This document shows, in pieces, positions 19,704 to 29,294 of a stretch of DNA of 64,000 nucleotides; positions within the stretch are counted from its first letter, which is position 1, and each line of letters starts with the position of its first letter. The DNA is from Candidatus Obscuribacteraceae bacterium (GTDB taxonomy: Bacteria; Cyanobacteriota; Vampirovibrionia; Obscuribacterales; Obscuribacteraceae): assembly GCA_044229845.1 (NCBI GenBank), contig JBGASG010000001.1, positions 992,001-1,056,000 of the forward strand, written 5' to 3'. The notes below the pieces were generated by a model that was given only the letters and a program-made list of their open reading frames with translations, was not told where the DNA came from and did not search any database. Position numbers and translations under genes: made by a program.

Positions 19704-21026
19704 TTACGGTGTCAGGCGGTTGCGGTCGCGTGGAAATAGCGACGCCAGCTTGACGTTTGGCAGACCAAGCAGTTGTTTGGCCAGGCGTTCCAGACCGATC
19801 GCCAGACCGCCGTGTGGTGGCATGCCGTACTTGAAGCACTGCAGGTAGTCGCCGAAGTCGGCAGGGTTCATGCCGCGTGCGGCGATACTGCCGACCAGTT
19901 GCTCGTATTCATGAATACGCTGTCCGCCGGTTGTGATCTCCAATCCGTTGTAGAGCAAGTCGAAACTGTGCGTCATGCCCTCAGCAGTCGGCATGGCGTA
20001 AAACGGACGCACGTCCTTCGGATAACTGGTCACATAAACCAGCGGCACACCTTCAGCGGTTTGGAAATGCTCGCACAAAAGTTTCTCAGCGTCGGCATCG
20101 AGGTCGAGGCTCTCAGCGTCCGCAGGGCGCTTCCACCCAAGTTTTGTGCGCAGCAAAGTGTGCGCCTCTTCCAGAGTCAGCTGCGGTATTTGCGAAAACA
20201 CGGGTACCGTGGCACCCCAGAGCGCTAACTCGTGCTCACAGTTCTCGCGCACCGAGGCAAACATGTGCTGCAGCAGTTTGACCTGCATTGCCATCACATC
20301 TTGCTCGCTCTCGATGAAACCCATCTCAAAGTCCATGCTGATGTATTCATTGAGGTGGCGTGTCGTGTCGTGCTCTTCGGCGCGGTACACTGGTCCGATT
20401 TCGAACACGCGTTCGAACACGCCGACCATCATTTGTTTGTAGAACTGCGGACTCTGGGCAAGAAACGCTTTTTTGCCGAAGTAGTCGACGGCGAACAGCG
20501 CCGCACCGCCCTCGGTGCCGGTGGCGACCAGCTTTGGCGAGTGGATTTCGGTAAATTGCTGCCCGGTGAGAAACTCACGAAAAGCCCGGCAGAACTCGGC
20601 TTCCAGTTTGAAGACGGCGCGCACTTTCTCGGCGCGCAGGGTCAAGGGACGGTAGTCGAGCATCGCGGAGAGCGACAGACTGTCTACCTTGGAAGACTTG
20701 TTGACTTCGACAGGTATGGTTTCACGGGACGCCGAGAGCGGTTCCACGGAGATCAGGTGGATTTCGTTGCTCGCGGGTTTTCCGTTGCTCTGCGCCGCAG
20801 CCACCCTGCCGGTGACGCGGACCGGGGTTTCCAAACCAAGCCCCGACACCTGCGCGACCAGAGCCTCGTTGTCTGCAATCAACTGAATGATGCCTGAGCG
20901 GTCGCGCAGCAGCACGAAGGCAATCTTGCCGAGTTTGCGAATGGCGTGCACGAAACCGCTGAGCGTCACTTCGCTGCCGACGCTCTGCTGGGGTACTTCT
21001 TCGACTAACGTCGCTTGGCTGTTCAT
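19704..21026 (-). CDS. aspS: Aspartate--tRNA(Asp/Asn) ligase, short archaeal-type, probably non-discriminating
   Basis: OB-fold (LRDRSG), LAQSPQFYKQ, motif 2 YRAEEHDTTRHLNEY, motif 3 PPHGGLAIGLERL; 440 aa, no GAD insert. Confidence 0.9.
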   Translation of the reverse strand: MNSQATLVEEVPQQSVGSEVTLSGFVHAIRKLGKIAFVLLRDRSGIIQLIADNEALVAQVSGLGLETPVRVTGRVAAAQSNGKPASNEIHLISVEPLSASRETIPVEVNKSSKVDSLSLSAMLDYRPLTLRAEKVRAVFKLEAEFCRAFREFLTGQQFTEIHSPKLVATGTEGGAALFAVDYFGKKAFLAQSPQFYKQMMVGVFERVFEIGPVYRAEEHDTTRHLNEYISMDFEMGFIESEQDVMAMQVKLLQHMFASVRENCEHELALWGATVPVFSQIPQLTLEEAHTLLRTKLGWKRPADAESLDLDADAEKLLCEHFQTAEGVPLVYVTSYPKDVRPFYAMPTAEGMTHSFDLLYNGLEITTGGQRIHEYEQLVGSIAARGMNPADFGDYLQCFKYGMPPHGGLAIGLERLAKQLLGLPNVKLASLFPRDRNRLTP

Positions 21027-21043
21027 GGTCTTCCTTTATCTCC

Positions 21044-21077
21044 AAAATAAAAAACCGCGAGGCTTGTGCTTCGCGGT
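21044..21077 (-). terminator. Attenuator terminator upstream of aspS
   Basis: Minus strand ACCGCGA-agcacaagcc-TCGCGGT followed by TTTTTATTTT, ending about 18 nt before the aspS ATG. Confidence 0.85.
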
Positions 21078-21105
21078 CCTGACTTGTTTGATGCTTCTTT
21101 GAGAA

Positions 21106-21237
21106 TTAGCGATGCAAACAGTAGGACCGCGAGCGGTCGTTATTGTCAGCATCGTTATTATTAGCGTTAGCCGCCGCAAAACTACCGAAGCTGGCGCTCC
21201 GGGCGTTATTTGCTTTAACTGTGGCTAGTGCTTGCAT
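21106..21237 (-). CDS. Asn/Asp-rich leader peptide of aspS (43 aa)
   Basis: MQALATVKANNARSASFGSFAAANANNNDADNNDRSRSYCLHR*; 9 of codons 24-34 are Asn or Asp; overlaps the antiterminator arm. Confidence 0.8.
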   Translation of the reverse strand: MQALATVKANNARSASFGSFAAANANNNDADNNDRSRSYCLHR

Positions 21238-21246
21238 ACAAGGCGA

Positions 21247-21276
21247 AGGATAATCCCGACCCCCCTGCCGCGTCAA
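21247..21276 (-). promoter_or_regulatory. Putative promoter for the aspS leader (TTGACG-N18-TATCCT)
   Basis: The -10 box ends 9 nt before the leader ATG, implying a near-leaderless transcript. Confidence 0.55.
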
Positions 21277-21300
21277 CTCATTGTGAATTTCTAAGGCCGC

Positions 21301-22572
21301 GTGTGGGGTATATTGGCTTTCGTGAGTTCGAATAAGCATCTCTACTATGTCACCAATCGCAAGGAGAGCAGCCCCGCTGGTGTCCACGCGGAGCCTGGGA
21401 AAAGCGGGCAGCGGTACAGGTTCTTTGGTCCTCATCGCAGTCAGGACCTTGCGGTCGGACAATTCGGAATCGAAAATGATGAGATCGTACTCACCAATTT
21501 GGCTGGAATCGAGTCCATCGAGATCACTCCTGACTCGCGTGTTGTTGTCTTCGTTCCGGGATACAACACGCGTTTTGCCGACAGTCTGGTGGTCCTAAGT
21601 CAATTACACCAAGCCCTTCTGTCCACGAGCGATCTGGTTTGTATTCTGTTTTCGTGGCCTTCAATGGGGTCTGCGTTCGCGTACATGCAGGATGAATGCT
21701 CCGTCCAGTTCAGTTACCCGCACTTCAAACTGTTGATCGATTCGATTGCGAAGCGATTAAGCAGCCACTCTCAGTTAAGCCTTGTAGGGCACAGTCTCGG
21801 CTGTCAGCTCGTGCATAGATATGTACTCGACAGAACTGCTCGCGAAGGCAAGTCTGCCGGCATGGTAGTTCTCTCTTCGCCTGACATAGACTATCAAACC
21901 GCTACGCTCGAGTCAGAGCGGCTAAAGTTCTCCGCGGGTATAGACTCGGGCTTCATTCTGGTGAGCGACGTGGATGGTCCTCTGGAAGTCTCGCGTTCGC
22001 TGCATGGTTATACGCGGTTGGGAAGACCATCTCTTTCGACGATGCGCAGTCTCTTTTGGGGAACGTTCCGCACCGGATCGCTCACGAACATTTTTTCCAC
22101 CATTGCTCATGTCCCGATATTTCTGATGGAGCAAGCGATCCGCTGGGTGAAATGCGGACTCAAAGACCCAGATCAAGTCTGGCAGGAGCAAAACCAGGGT
22201 AATGGAATCGCTTTTGCGGACAACATCTCGCTGTTCGATTTCACCAGGGCGGATCGCATGCAAAGGCGATTTGGACACACCGTGTGTGTTGATCTGGTGG
22301 CATCGCTTTTGAGTTCCGGAAGCCCACCGGCAGGGTGGGACCAACGGACAATCGTAAAGATACCCGACGAATACGGATATCGAGAATGTTTCCTCCTGCC
22401 GTATTCTCGACACAATCCCTACGGGCAAGATCAGGTGACGCTATTTAGTTACCGCCAATTGATCCCTCCGGCAAATGGACAGCAGCAGCTACATGGGGAG
22501 GCTGGGGGCGGGGTTGTCTTTGGTGACCTTGCTGTACCAGTCGCCGGGGTGGCGGACGACGATGCCGGCTAA
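21301..22572 (+). CDS. Alpha/beta hydrolase, DUF900-like
   Basis: YYVTNR, VFVPGYN, FSWPS, GHSLG nucleophile elbow, SPDID, RLG. Confidence 0.8.
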   Translation: MWGILAFVSSNKHLYYVTNRKESSPAGVHAEPGKSGQRYRFFGPHRSQDLAVGQFGIENDEIVLTNLAGIESIEITPDSRVVVFVPGYNTRFADSLVVLSQLHQALLSTSDLVCILFSWPSMGSAFAYMQDECSVQFSYPHFKLLIDSIAKRLSSHSQLSLVGHSLGCQLVHRYVLDRTAREGKSAGMVVLSSPDIDYQTATLESERLKFSAGIDSGFILVSDVDGPLEVSRSLHGYTRLGRPSLSTMRSLFWGTFRTGSLTNIFSTIAHVPIFLMEQAIRWVKCGLKDPDQVWQEQNQGNGIAFADNISLFDFTRADRMQRRFGHTVCVDLVASLLSSGSPPAGWDQRTIVKIPDEYGYRECFLLPYSRHNPYGQDQVTLFSYRQLIPPANGQQQLHGEAGGGVVFGDLAVPVAGVADDDAG

Positions 22573-23751
22573 TTCGAGCATCGTCAGAGTCGCTGACATT
22601 TCACCGGCCGGCATACCGGTGCGTTCGCACAGTACATCAAAGTGGGTCGGAACTTCGACGAGCAGATCATAGATTTCTTTCTCGCGTCCAAATAGTTCAA
22701 CGACTGTCGGTACCATATGTGGTGCTTCAACCTTCACCCAGTTCATTTCCTTGAGCAGGTCTTCGGCGCTGGCGATCAGGTGCGCTTTGCGATTGATTAC
22801 CAGCGCATTCGATCCCTTGAACGTGGGGCTGTCGATACGACCGGGAATGACAAACACTTCGCCGCCACTGTCGAAAGCCATGTGGGCCGTGATCAAAGCG
22901 CCGGAACTCTCTGGTGCTTCGACGATCGTGATGGCTTGGGAAATGCCGGCTACGATGCGGTTTCTCTGAGGAAACATCCACTTGTCCGGCTGTGTGCCGG
23001 GGAAATATTCGGACACAACGCAACCGTTGTTGGACAGAATGGCGTCATAGAGTTTTTTATTGGGTGGTGGGTAAATCACATCGACACCGCCGGCCAGCAC
23101 GGCAATAGTGACGCCACCACCTTCGATGGCGCCCCAGTGCGCTGCGGAGTCGATGCCTGACGCCATGCCGCTGGCGATGATGCACCCGGACTGCACCAGT
23201 TGTTGCGAGATGTCCCTGGCAGTCTTCAAACCGTATTGTGTCGCCTTGCGAGTCCCGACAATCGCGCACACATAATTAAGCCGTTGCGGCGGCGGGAAGT
23301 TGCCGCGCGCGTAAATCACCATCGGTGGTTCGTGGGCATGCCGCAGCTTAAAAGGGTAGGCAGGGTCGACGAAGGTTATCGCTTCCACGTCGGTTTTGCG
23401 CAGCCGAGCCAGAATTTCGTCTGGGTTGCAAGTTTTGCGAAACGCGGCAAGTTTCTTGAGTATCACCGGAGTGAATAGGTCTGCGCTGACGCCTCGCAAT
23501 TCGTCATCCGAAGCATGCCAGGCAACTTCCATGCTCCGAAAGCGGTCCAAGAGCAACGCGATTTTCTTACTGCCCAGCAGGTTATGGTCCTGCGTGAGTG
23601 CAAGCCAGTATTTCAGCTCGTCGTCGGGGACGCGGTCGTCTTTGTTGCTATAGCCCATAGCGGGCAATTGTACCAACTGCCACGGGGGCAATTCCTCACC
23701 TGGTTTTGCCCCTGGTTTTGCCCCACAGACAAAGGGTGAGCAGCATTTCAA
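22489..23751 (-). CDS. dprA: DNA-processing protein DprA (true start probably downstream of 23751)
   Basis: AIVGTRKAT.YG, SGMASGIDSAAH, SEYFPG, FPQRNRIVAG, SGALITA, C-terminal winged helix LTMLELAG. Confidence 0.95.
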   Translation of the reverse strand: MKCCSPFVCGAKPGAKPGEELPPWQLVQLPAMGYSNKDDRVPDDELKYWLALTQDHNLLGSKKIALLLDRFRSMEVAWHASDDELRGVSADLFTPVILKKLAAFRKTCNPDEILARLRKTDVEAITFVDPAYPFKLRHAHEPPMVIYARGNFPPPQRLNYVCAIVGTRKATQYGLKTARDISQQLVQSGCIIASGMASGIDSAAHWGAIEGGGVTIAVLAGGVDVIYPPPNKKLYDAILSNNGCVVSEYFPGTQPDKWMFPQRNRIVAGISQAITIVEAPESSGALITAHMAFDSGGEVFVIPGRIDSPTFKGSNALVINRKAHLIASAEDLLKEMNWVKVEAPHMVPTVVELFGREKEIYDLLVEVPTHFDVLCERTGMPAGEMSATLTMLELAGIVVRHPGDWYSKVTKDNPAPSLPM

Positions 23752-23843
23752 CTTCCTTCGTAGATTCCCCAGTTACAGACCCCTGATTCATTCCTATATT
23801 AGGTTCCTCATCTGCCGAACAATTTGAAAAGGTATCTCTGGAA

Positions 23844-24656
23844 GTGCGAATTCCCGGCTCTATTCCCGCCCTCATCGCCATGGCAGGCGCCACCCTGCTG
23901 CTGATGCTGGCGGGCGCGCAGATGCCGGTCGGAGCACAGCAGATGCAAGACTTTCAGCAACAGAGCGTCGACAACGCCAGTTTTTCTCTGCAAGCATCGA
24001 TGACCGAGCGCCCGCGCCTGACCCGCGAAGAAGTGAATCCGGCGGCGGTGGGTGTGCCGACCATAGCTCAGTCTCCGTTTGGCGGAGCGTCCGTCATGCC
24101 GGTTGATCCGACCATCGCCCTCAACTCATTGCCGATCCAGGCAGCCGTGGCGCCTGCTCTGCCCCCGGCTACTCGCCCGGCGCTCAAATCCACGGCAGCG
24201 ACAACGGTCCACAAAGTCCCGTCCGCCTCGCTCAACGCCCATGCCAAAGCTGGACCAAATGACGACCTCTACTCGGTCGATTGGTCGCAATGGGTCACCC
24301 AGCTTGCTGATCGCTGGTTTTTTAACCTCAAGCGCCTGGAAACCATGACCGGGCGTGACTTCCACAGCCCGCGTGCGGCTCAAATTCGCTTTACCTGCTA
24401 TCCTGACGGCACAATTGGGAATATTTCACTCGAGCAAAGCTCAGGGGTTCCCACTTACGATCAATTGCAGATCCAAGCCCTGGTCCAAACCATGCCCGTG
24501 CACCCGTTCCCCCACGGCACACTGCGCAAAAGTGTGACACTTGTGCAAGGATGGGAAGCACATCCCCGGCGTCCGGGTGAATCCGACTTCCAACCCGGCA
24601 GTTTTGGACAAGGCTTTCCGCAGGAGAAAGTGAACAGATGGAATTTATCGCGGTAG
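23844..24656 (+). CDS. Secreted protein with TonB-C-like C-terminal domain
   Basis: Signal peptide; WSQWVTQLADRW, FTCYPDGTI, QSSGVPTYD, PFP. Confidence 0.7.
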   Translation: MRIPGSIPALIAMAGATLLLMLAGAQMPVGAQQMQDFQQQSVDNASFSLQASMTERPRLTREEVNPAAVGVPTIAQSPFGGASVMPVDPTIALNSLPIQAAVAPALPPATRPALKSTAATTVHKVPSASLNAHAKAGPNDDLYSVDWSQWVTQLADRWFFNLKRLETMTGRDFHSPRAAQIRFTCYPDGTIGNISLEQSSGVPTYDQLQIQALVQTMPVHPFPHGTLRKSVTLVQGWEAHPRRPGESDFQPGSFGQGFPQEKVNRWNLSR

Positions 24657-26110
24657 CCGCGGTCTGCTTCAGATACGCAGTTTATTCACTGGTCGCACTT
24701 ACCATTCTCTGCTCGACATCAATAAATATGCCGGCTCTAGCTGCTGATAAGTTGTCTGGTCAAGATGCCGCTATGGTTGGCGAACTCGAGCAGCGTCTCT
24801 TCTTCGTCAAATATGCCGACCAGGACGGCGAAGAACGGGTCGCTCGCATTGAGAAGCAAGTGTTCGGCGAAGCGATGCAGCAGCCATTTTCTGACCGTCT
24901 GGCTCGATTGCGCCAGATGCTCGAAGAGAAGAAGTCGCAAGAGGCTGCTCAACAAGAGGAGCAACAGCGCCAGCAACAAGCGTTGCAGCAAAAGCAGCAG
25001 CAGCAAAAACAACAAGTAATGCAGCAGCAACAGCAGCAGAACGATTTCGATCGCGCCCGCGAGAACATCATTAATGCTCGCGAGCAGGAAATCGGACAAC
25101 TGCTTTCAGAAGGTGTTGAGCTGTGGCGTCAGAAGCGCGCTCAGGAAGCAACCCAGCGATTTGAACAGGTGTTGCGCCTTGATCCTTCTAATGCGGAGGC
25201 GCACTTCAGTCTCGGCATTATCGAAGAGTCGACCGGTAATTTTGTCGAGGCACTTTCGAGCTATCAGCAGGCGGCGCAGGCTCAACCGCAAGTAAAAGAG
25301 TACGGCGAGGCGGTAAAAACTCTCGAGAAGAAACTGGCGCAGAAGCAGGTTGCGCAGGGCCAGCAAGCGGCTCTGCGGATGCTGGCCGAATCAGCTTCGG
25401 CCGCCTTCAAGCAAGGTGAGTATGTGAAAGCGCTGGACCTCTATAAGTCGCTTGACGCAAAGGCACCAAATCAGGCGCTCGTGAAATACAACATCGGCAC
25501 TTTGTATTTGATGGTCAAAGACTCGCAGAACGCTCTCAAATACTATGAGCAGGCCGTGAAGTTGAATCCTTCCGAGCAGCGCTATGTGAAAGCCTATTCC
25601 GAGCTGAAGGGACAGGTCGACATACTGAATGAGCGCATTGCGGAGAACAATCGCCAGTCAGAGCAATTGAAAAATCCCGGAAAGGCACCGAAAGCTAAGA
25701 AGGACAAAAACGGTAATTTCAAGCAGATGACACCGGATCAGATTCCGGCGTTTCCCGGTATGCCGAAAGGACGAGCTAGTTTTGGCGGCAATTCGCTGCC
25801 GCAAGCGACTCAGGCGGCGCCGCAGAGCCCCGTATTTGGTGGCTACCTCAATACGCCATTGGCTGATGTGATGTCCAAGTATGGTCTCGTCGGCAAGGGT
25901 TCCAATGAAGGTGTGCGTGTCACCACTGTTGGTATCGCCAGTCGCGCTTCTGCCGCCGGCATTCAGCCCGGCGATTCGATTCGCGCGGTCGACGGCAACG
26001 AGGTCTACGATCCCAAGCAAGTCAATGAAATTCTCTCGCGCAAAGGATTCAATCAGCCCGTGCAAATGATGATTATGCGCAACGGCAACCTGGCAGTTAT
26101 CAATCTATAA
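24638..26110 (+). CDS. TPR repeat protein with poly-Q tract and C-terminal PDZ domain
   Basis: LDPSNAEAHFSLG, YNIGTLY..A..YYEQAVKLNP; SRASAAGIQPGDSIRAVDG. Confidence 0.85.
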   Translation: MEFIAVAAVCFRYAVYSLVALTILCSTSINMPALAADKLSGQDAAMVGELEQRLFFVKYADQDGEERVARIEKQVFGEAMQQPFSDRLARLRQMLEEKKSQEAAQQEEQQRQQQALQQKQQQQKQQVMQQQQQQNDFDRARENIINAREQEIGQLLSEGVELWRQKRAQEATQRFEQVLRLDPSNAEAHFSLGIIEESTGNFVEALSSYQQAAQAQPQVKEYGEAVKTLEKKLAQKQVAQGQQAALRMLAESASAAFKQGEYVKALDLYKSLDAKAPNQALVKYNIGTLYLMVKDSQNALKYYEQAVKLNPSEQRYVKAYSELKGQVDILNERIAENNRQSEQLKNPGKAPKAKKDKNGNFKQMTPDQIPAFPGMPKGRASFGGNSLPQATQAAPQSPVFGGYLNTPLADVMSKYGLVGKGSNEGVRVTTVGIASRASAAGIQPGDSIRAVDGNEVYDPKQVNEILSRKGFNQPVQMMIMRNGNLAVINL

Positions 26111-26114
26111 GTTA

Positions 26115-26954
26115 GTGAAACCGCGCTTTAGTCAGGGACACTTGCCTTCGTGCCAGACACTGGCGACGATTGGTGCGCTGTTGATGAACCAGCACGGTCA
26201 GCGAATGCTGCACGACATGGTGTCGCGGCAGGGTGACGATTACCTCGTCAAGTTTCCGGCGTTGAACGAGCCGGTACTGGTGCGAGCCGTGGAGTTTGGT
26301 ACGCGTGCGCCGGTCGGCTGGGATGTTGAGTTTTGCAATCGAGCGATTACCGCTCTGCGCAATGAATTCGACGGGGACGGCTACCTGTGGGTGATGCCGC
26401 TCGATCGCGGACCGTATGTTTCCGGTGATGATCTGGTGCAGGTGCTCGAGATTGCCTATGCCCGCTATCAGAAGGCGATGTTTCCTGAACGCTACGCCGA
26501 CGTGCCTGAGCAAACTCCGCTCGAGGTTTATCGAAACGGCAATTTCCACTTCCAGGCCGACGAGTCGATGCGCGATTTTACCGGATGGACGGTGAACACA
26601 CTTTACGGTGGTGCCAATGCCGCCGATAGTGTTTTGTCAATTGCCGACTATGCGGTCGAAAATGCCGAACACCTGGAGGCTGTCGAAAAGAAACTGGAAG
26701 AGCTCGCCGCAAATCGAGGCGGCTACGTTGCAACAGCGTGTTCGATTGGCCATCCGGCTTCCAAGACATATTTGGATCCGGGCAGCAAAATCAATCCATG
26801 GCATGACCATGTAATCAAGGAAGTGAACGCCAAAGAGCGAACTATTGCTCTAATCGACCCGTTCAACAGCCGAATTACCATGCTTCTTTACTTCGAAGAC
26901 TTCTTTCAGTACTTCTATTTGATTGCCGATGCTAAAGTACCCCTTAGTTCGTAA
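26115..26954 (+). CDS. Papain-fold (calpain/C2-like) cysteine peptidase
   Basis: QGHLPSC (Gln, Cys), WHDHV (His), LIDPFN; LEIAYA resembles the calpain LEKAYA motif. Confidence 0.6.
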   Translation: MKPRFSQGHLPSCQTLATIGALLMNQHGQRMLHDMVSRQGDDYLVKFPALNEPVLVRAVEFGTRAPVGWDVEFCNRAITALRNEFDGDGYLWVMPLDRGPYVSGDDLVQVLEIAYARYQKAMFPERYADVPEQTPLEVYRNGNFHFQADESMRDFTGWTVNTLYGGANAADSVLSIADYAVENAEHLEAVEKKLEELAANRGGYVATACSIGHPASKTYLDPGSKINPWHDHVIKEVNAKERTIALIDPFNSRITMLLYFEDFFQYFYLIADAKVPLSS

Positions 26955-26981
26955 TTTAACTCACCGGTCAAATCTGATGTC

Positions 26982-27974
26982 ATGGGAATCAAAATAATGC
27001 GCCGTTTCCTCCTGCCCCTTTTGTCGGCCCTGTTTGTCGCTGCGCCGCTGGCGTTGGTGCCCTCTGCACCGTGCTATGCCGAGACAGTGAAAAGTCAGTT
27101 CTCTGTACCAAGCAATCAGGCAGGCATCGATATACCGGCGCGCAGCTGGATTGATAATTCCGCTGCACCGAGGGTGGTGCTGCTCTGCGTGCACGGGCTG
27201 GGATTGAACAGCGATTCTTACGACGACTTTGCCCGCCGCGTGGCACCTAAAGGTATTGCTGTGTACGGCATGGATGTGCGGGGCTTCGGCGAGTGGCAGA
27301 AGGAAAAGGGACACACCAAGCTCAACTTCCCGCAAACCATCGATGATGTCGCCACGATGTTGAAGTATGTGCGTGAGAAAAATCCGGGACTGCCTGTGTT
27401 TTTGCTTGGTGAATCGATGGGCGGTGCGATTGCATTGCGCACGACGGCGCTGCACGGCGATCTGATGACCGGAACGGTTTCGTCGGTGCCGGCCAATGAA
27501 CGCTTTCAGCAGAAAATCACCGACGTGAAAGTGGCACTGCATGCCCTCGAAGGACTGAAGAAGAAGTTTGACGAAGGACAGCAGGTGATCGATCAAGCGA
27601 CAAAAAATCCGATGGAGCGGGAAGGCTGGAAAACCGATCCGCTGGATCGCTTGAATTTTTCACCGGTCGACTTGCTGCAGTTTCAAATATTCTGCAATGA
27701 AAACCACGAAGACGCGAAGCTGATTACGAAGACGCCGATCTGCGTTTTTCAAGGTGGTTCTGATACCTTGATCAAGCCGGAAGGGACGGAGCATCTTTTC
27801 ACGCAGATCGCGGTCAAGGACAAAATTATGATCGTCCTTGGTTATTCCGAACATTTGATGTTTGAAGAAACCCAATACATGGATCCCCGTCAGGCGATCG
27901 ATCATCTGATGGCGTGGATAGAGGATCACCTGCATGGTCAGCATACGGACGAGAAAACAAACGACGGCGACTAG
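26982..27974 (+). CDS. Secreted alpha/beta hydrolase, lysophospholipase-like
   Basis: HGLG, DVRGFG, GESMGG, D..I, EH. Confidence 0.9.
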   Translation: MGIKIMRRFLLPLLSALFVAAPLALVPSAPCYAETVKSQFSVPSNQAGIDIPARSWIDNSAAPRVVLLCVHGLGLNSDSYDDFARRVAPKGIAVYGMDVRGFGEWQKEKGHTKLNFPQTIDDVATMLKYVREKNPGLPVFLLGESMGGAIALRTTALHGDLMTGTVSSVPANERFQQKITDVKVALHALEGLKKKFDEGQQVIDQATKNPMEREGWKTDPLDRLNFSPVDLLQFQIFCNENHEDAKLITKTPICVFQGGSDTLIKPEGTEHLFTQIAVKDKIMIVLGYSEHLMFEETQYMDPRQAIDHLMAWIEDHLHGQHTDEKTNDGD

Positions 27975-27985
27975 TCTAGCCGCGG

Positions 27986-29215
27986 CTATTTTGCCGAAGG
28001 GTCGGCGATGTGTCCGACGAAGAGCAGTGTGTCGGTTTTGCTGTCGCGTAACGCGATGAAGTAGGGGCGATCAACAATCATGTTGAAGGGTTGCTCAGGC
28101 ATATGCATGGTTGCCGTTTTCATCATGCCGACGGAAGTTACAGCCGCGGCTTCGGTGCCTTCTTCGTTTACTTCCATGTAGGTCTTGTGCAGCACTTCAC
28201 TGATGCACGGATGCTCTGTTGAGTTCATGTCGGTGAAGTCGGCATTCTTTCGCGAGAATGCAACTTGCATGCCCATAGCCGAAAGCGGTGCCTTGAGTTT
28301 CATGTCGTCCGAGATGAGAAATTTCGGCATCGAGAGATTTCCTTCCTTGAAGCGAAATTGTCCCTTCCACTTACTCCAGGTCGTATCATTCAGTTGAGCT
28401 TCGAATGCATCGAGGGTTGTAGATTCTTTTGGCAGAAAGACATACATGCTGAGCCGCTTGTCTGCATAACCGAGATTGATCGCCTGGAAATCTGATGTTT
28501 CGAAGTATCGAAAATCGCTGCGGTGCATGTTCATCATCGGCATGTCTTTGCTTTGACCGCCGGCAAGGTGAAATGCTCGGGGTTGGGTGGCGTTCTTATC
28601 GAATTTGTTTTCCCAATTGCCTTTGAAATAGATGGCATTCACCAGGTAGAGGATAGCGTCGTCGGGAATTTTGTCCACGATCCGGGTAATCTTGCCGTGT
28701 GTGCTTTCAGAAACGAAGTTGTTGATTGCACCCGGACTCGATGGTGCCTTGAAGTCGAGCGCAGTAACACCGGCATTGAAGTACTGTTTGTTGGCGTTCA
28801 GAAACTGATCTTTGAATTTGATTTCCTTATCGGCAAAAAGCGCGTTGGCGATTGCTAGTTGGGTGTTAGCGCCAGGATTTTGCAGACTGTCCCGGACTTC
28901 TTTGCAGTGTGTCCCGATGTCAGCTTCGGTTCCCGTGAGATTAAGCACATCGCCCATGGCAGTTTTAGTGCCGCCGGCGGCACCCAGGTAGGTCATGGTG
29001 AGGGCGGTGGAGATGCTGTATGGAGAGATGAGCACGTTTTCGGTGCTGCGTCCTTTTGCCACCTCTTTGAAGATCTTGAGCGGAAAACTGGAGGTAACCG
29101 CTGTGGGTTGCGTGCCGGCAGCTTGCATTGCAGATGCTGCCCCCAGAACAGCGGTCAAAGCAATAGCCAGTGGGCGAGCGAGTTTCATTGCCAATCTCCG
29201 TAATTTGTCAGCCAA
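27986..29215 (-). CDS. Secreted serpin
   Basis: NVLISPYSI, NAIYFKGNW, EVNEEGTEAAAVT hinge, DRPY, LLFVG. Confidence 0.95.
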   Translation of the reverse strand: MADKLRRLAMKLARPLAIALTAVLGAASAMQAAGTQPTAVTSSFPLKIFKEVAKGRSTENVLISPYSISTALTMTYLGAAGGTKTAMGDVLNLTGTEADIGTHCKEVRDSLQNPGANTQLAIANALFADKEIKFKDQFLNANKQYFNAGVTALDFKAPSSPGAINNFVSESTHGKITRIVDKIPDDAILYLVNAIYFKGNWENKFDKNATQPRAFHLAGGQSKDMPMMNMHRSDFRYFETSDFQAINLGYADKRLSMYVFLPKESTTLDAFEAQLNDTTWSKWKGQFRFKEGNLSMPKFLISDDMKLKAPLSAMGMQVAFSRKNADFTDMNSTEHPCISEVLHKTYMEVNEEGTEAAAVTSVGMMKTATMHMPEQPFNMIVDRPYFIALRDSKTDTLLFVGHIADPSAK

Positions 29216-29294
29216 GAGCCAAAGGTCGCCAATAGCGCTAATTGTACGCCGTGGAAGTCGGCCTTAGTCCCGGGTTTTTACTGGCGTGTATTTA

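Noticed and set aside
21030..21240. T-box riboswitch for aspS
   Set aside because: No GGTGGNACCGCG T-box sequence or stem I motifs; the leader-peptide model explains the hairpins.
21106..21462. 118-aa ORF-track call upstream of aspS
   Set aside because: Its 5' part overlaps the opposite-strand hydrolase and spans the predicted promoter; only the last 43 codons are a plausible leader.
22489..22572. 84-nt convergent overlap of the hydrolase and dprA 3' ends
   Set aside because: Most simply stop-codon drift of the hydrolase tail; no evidence of function.
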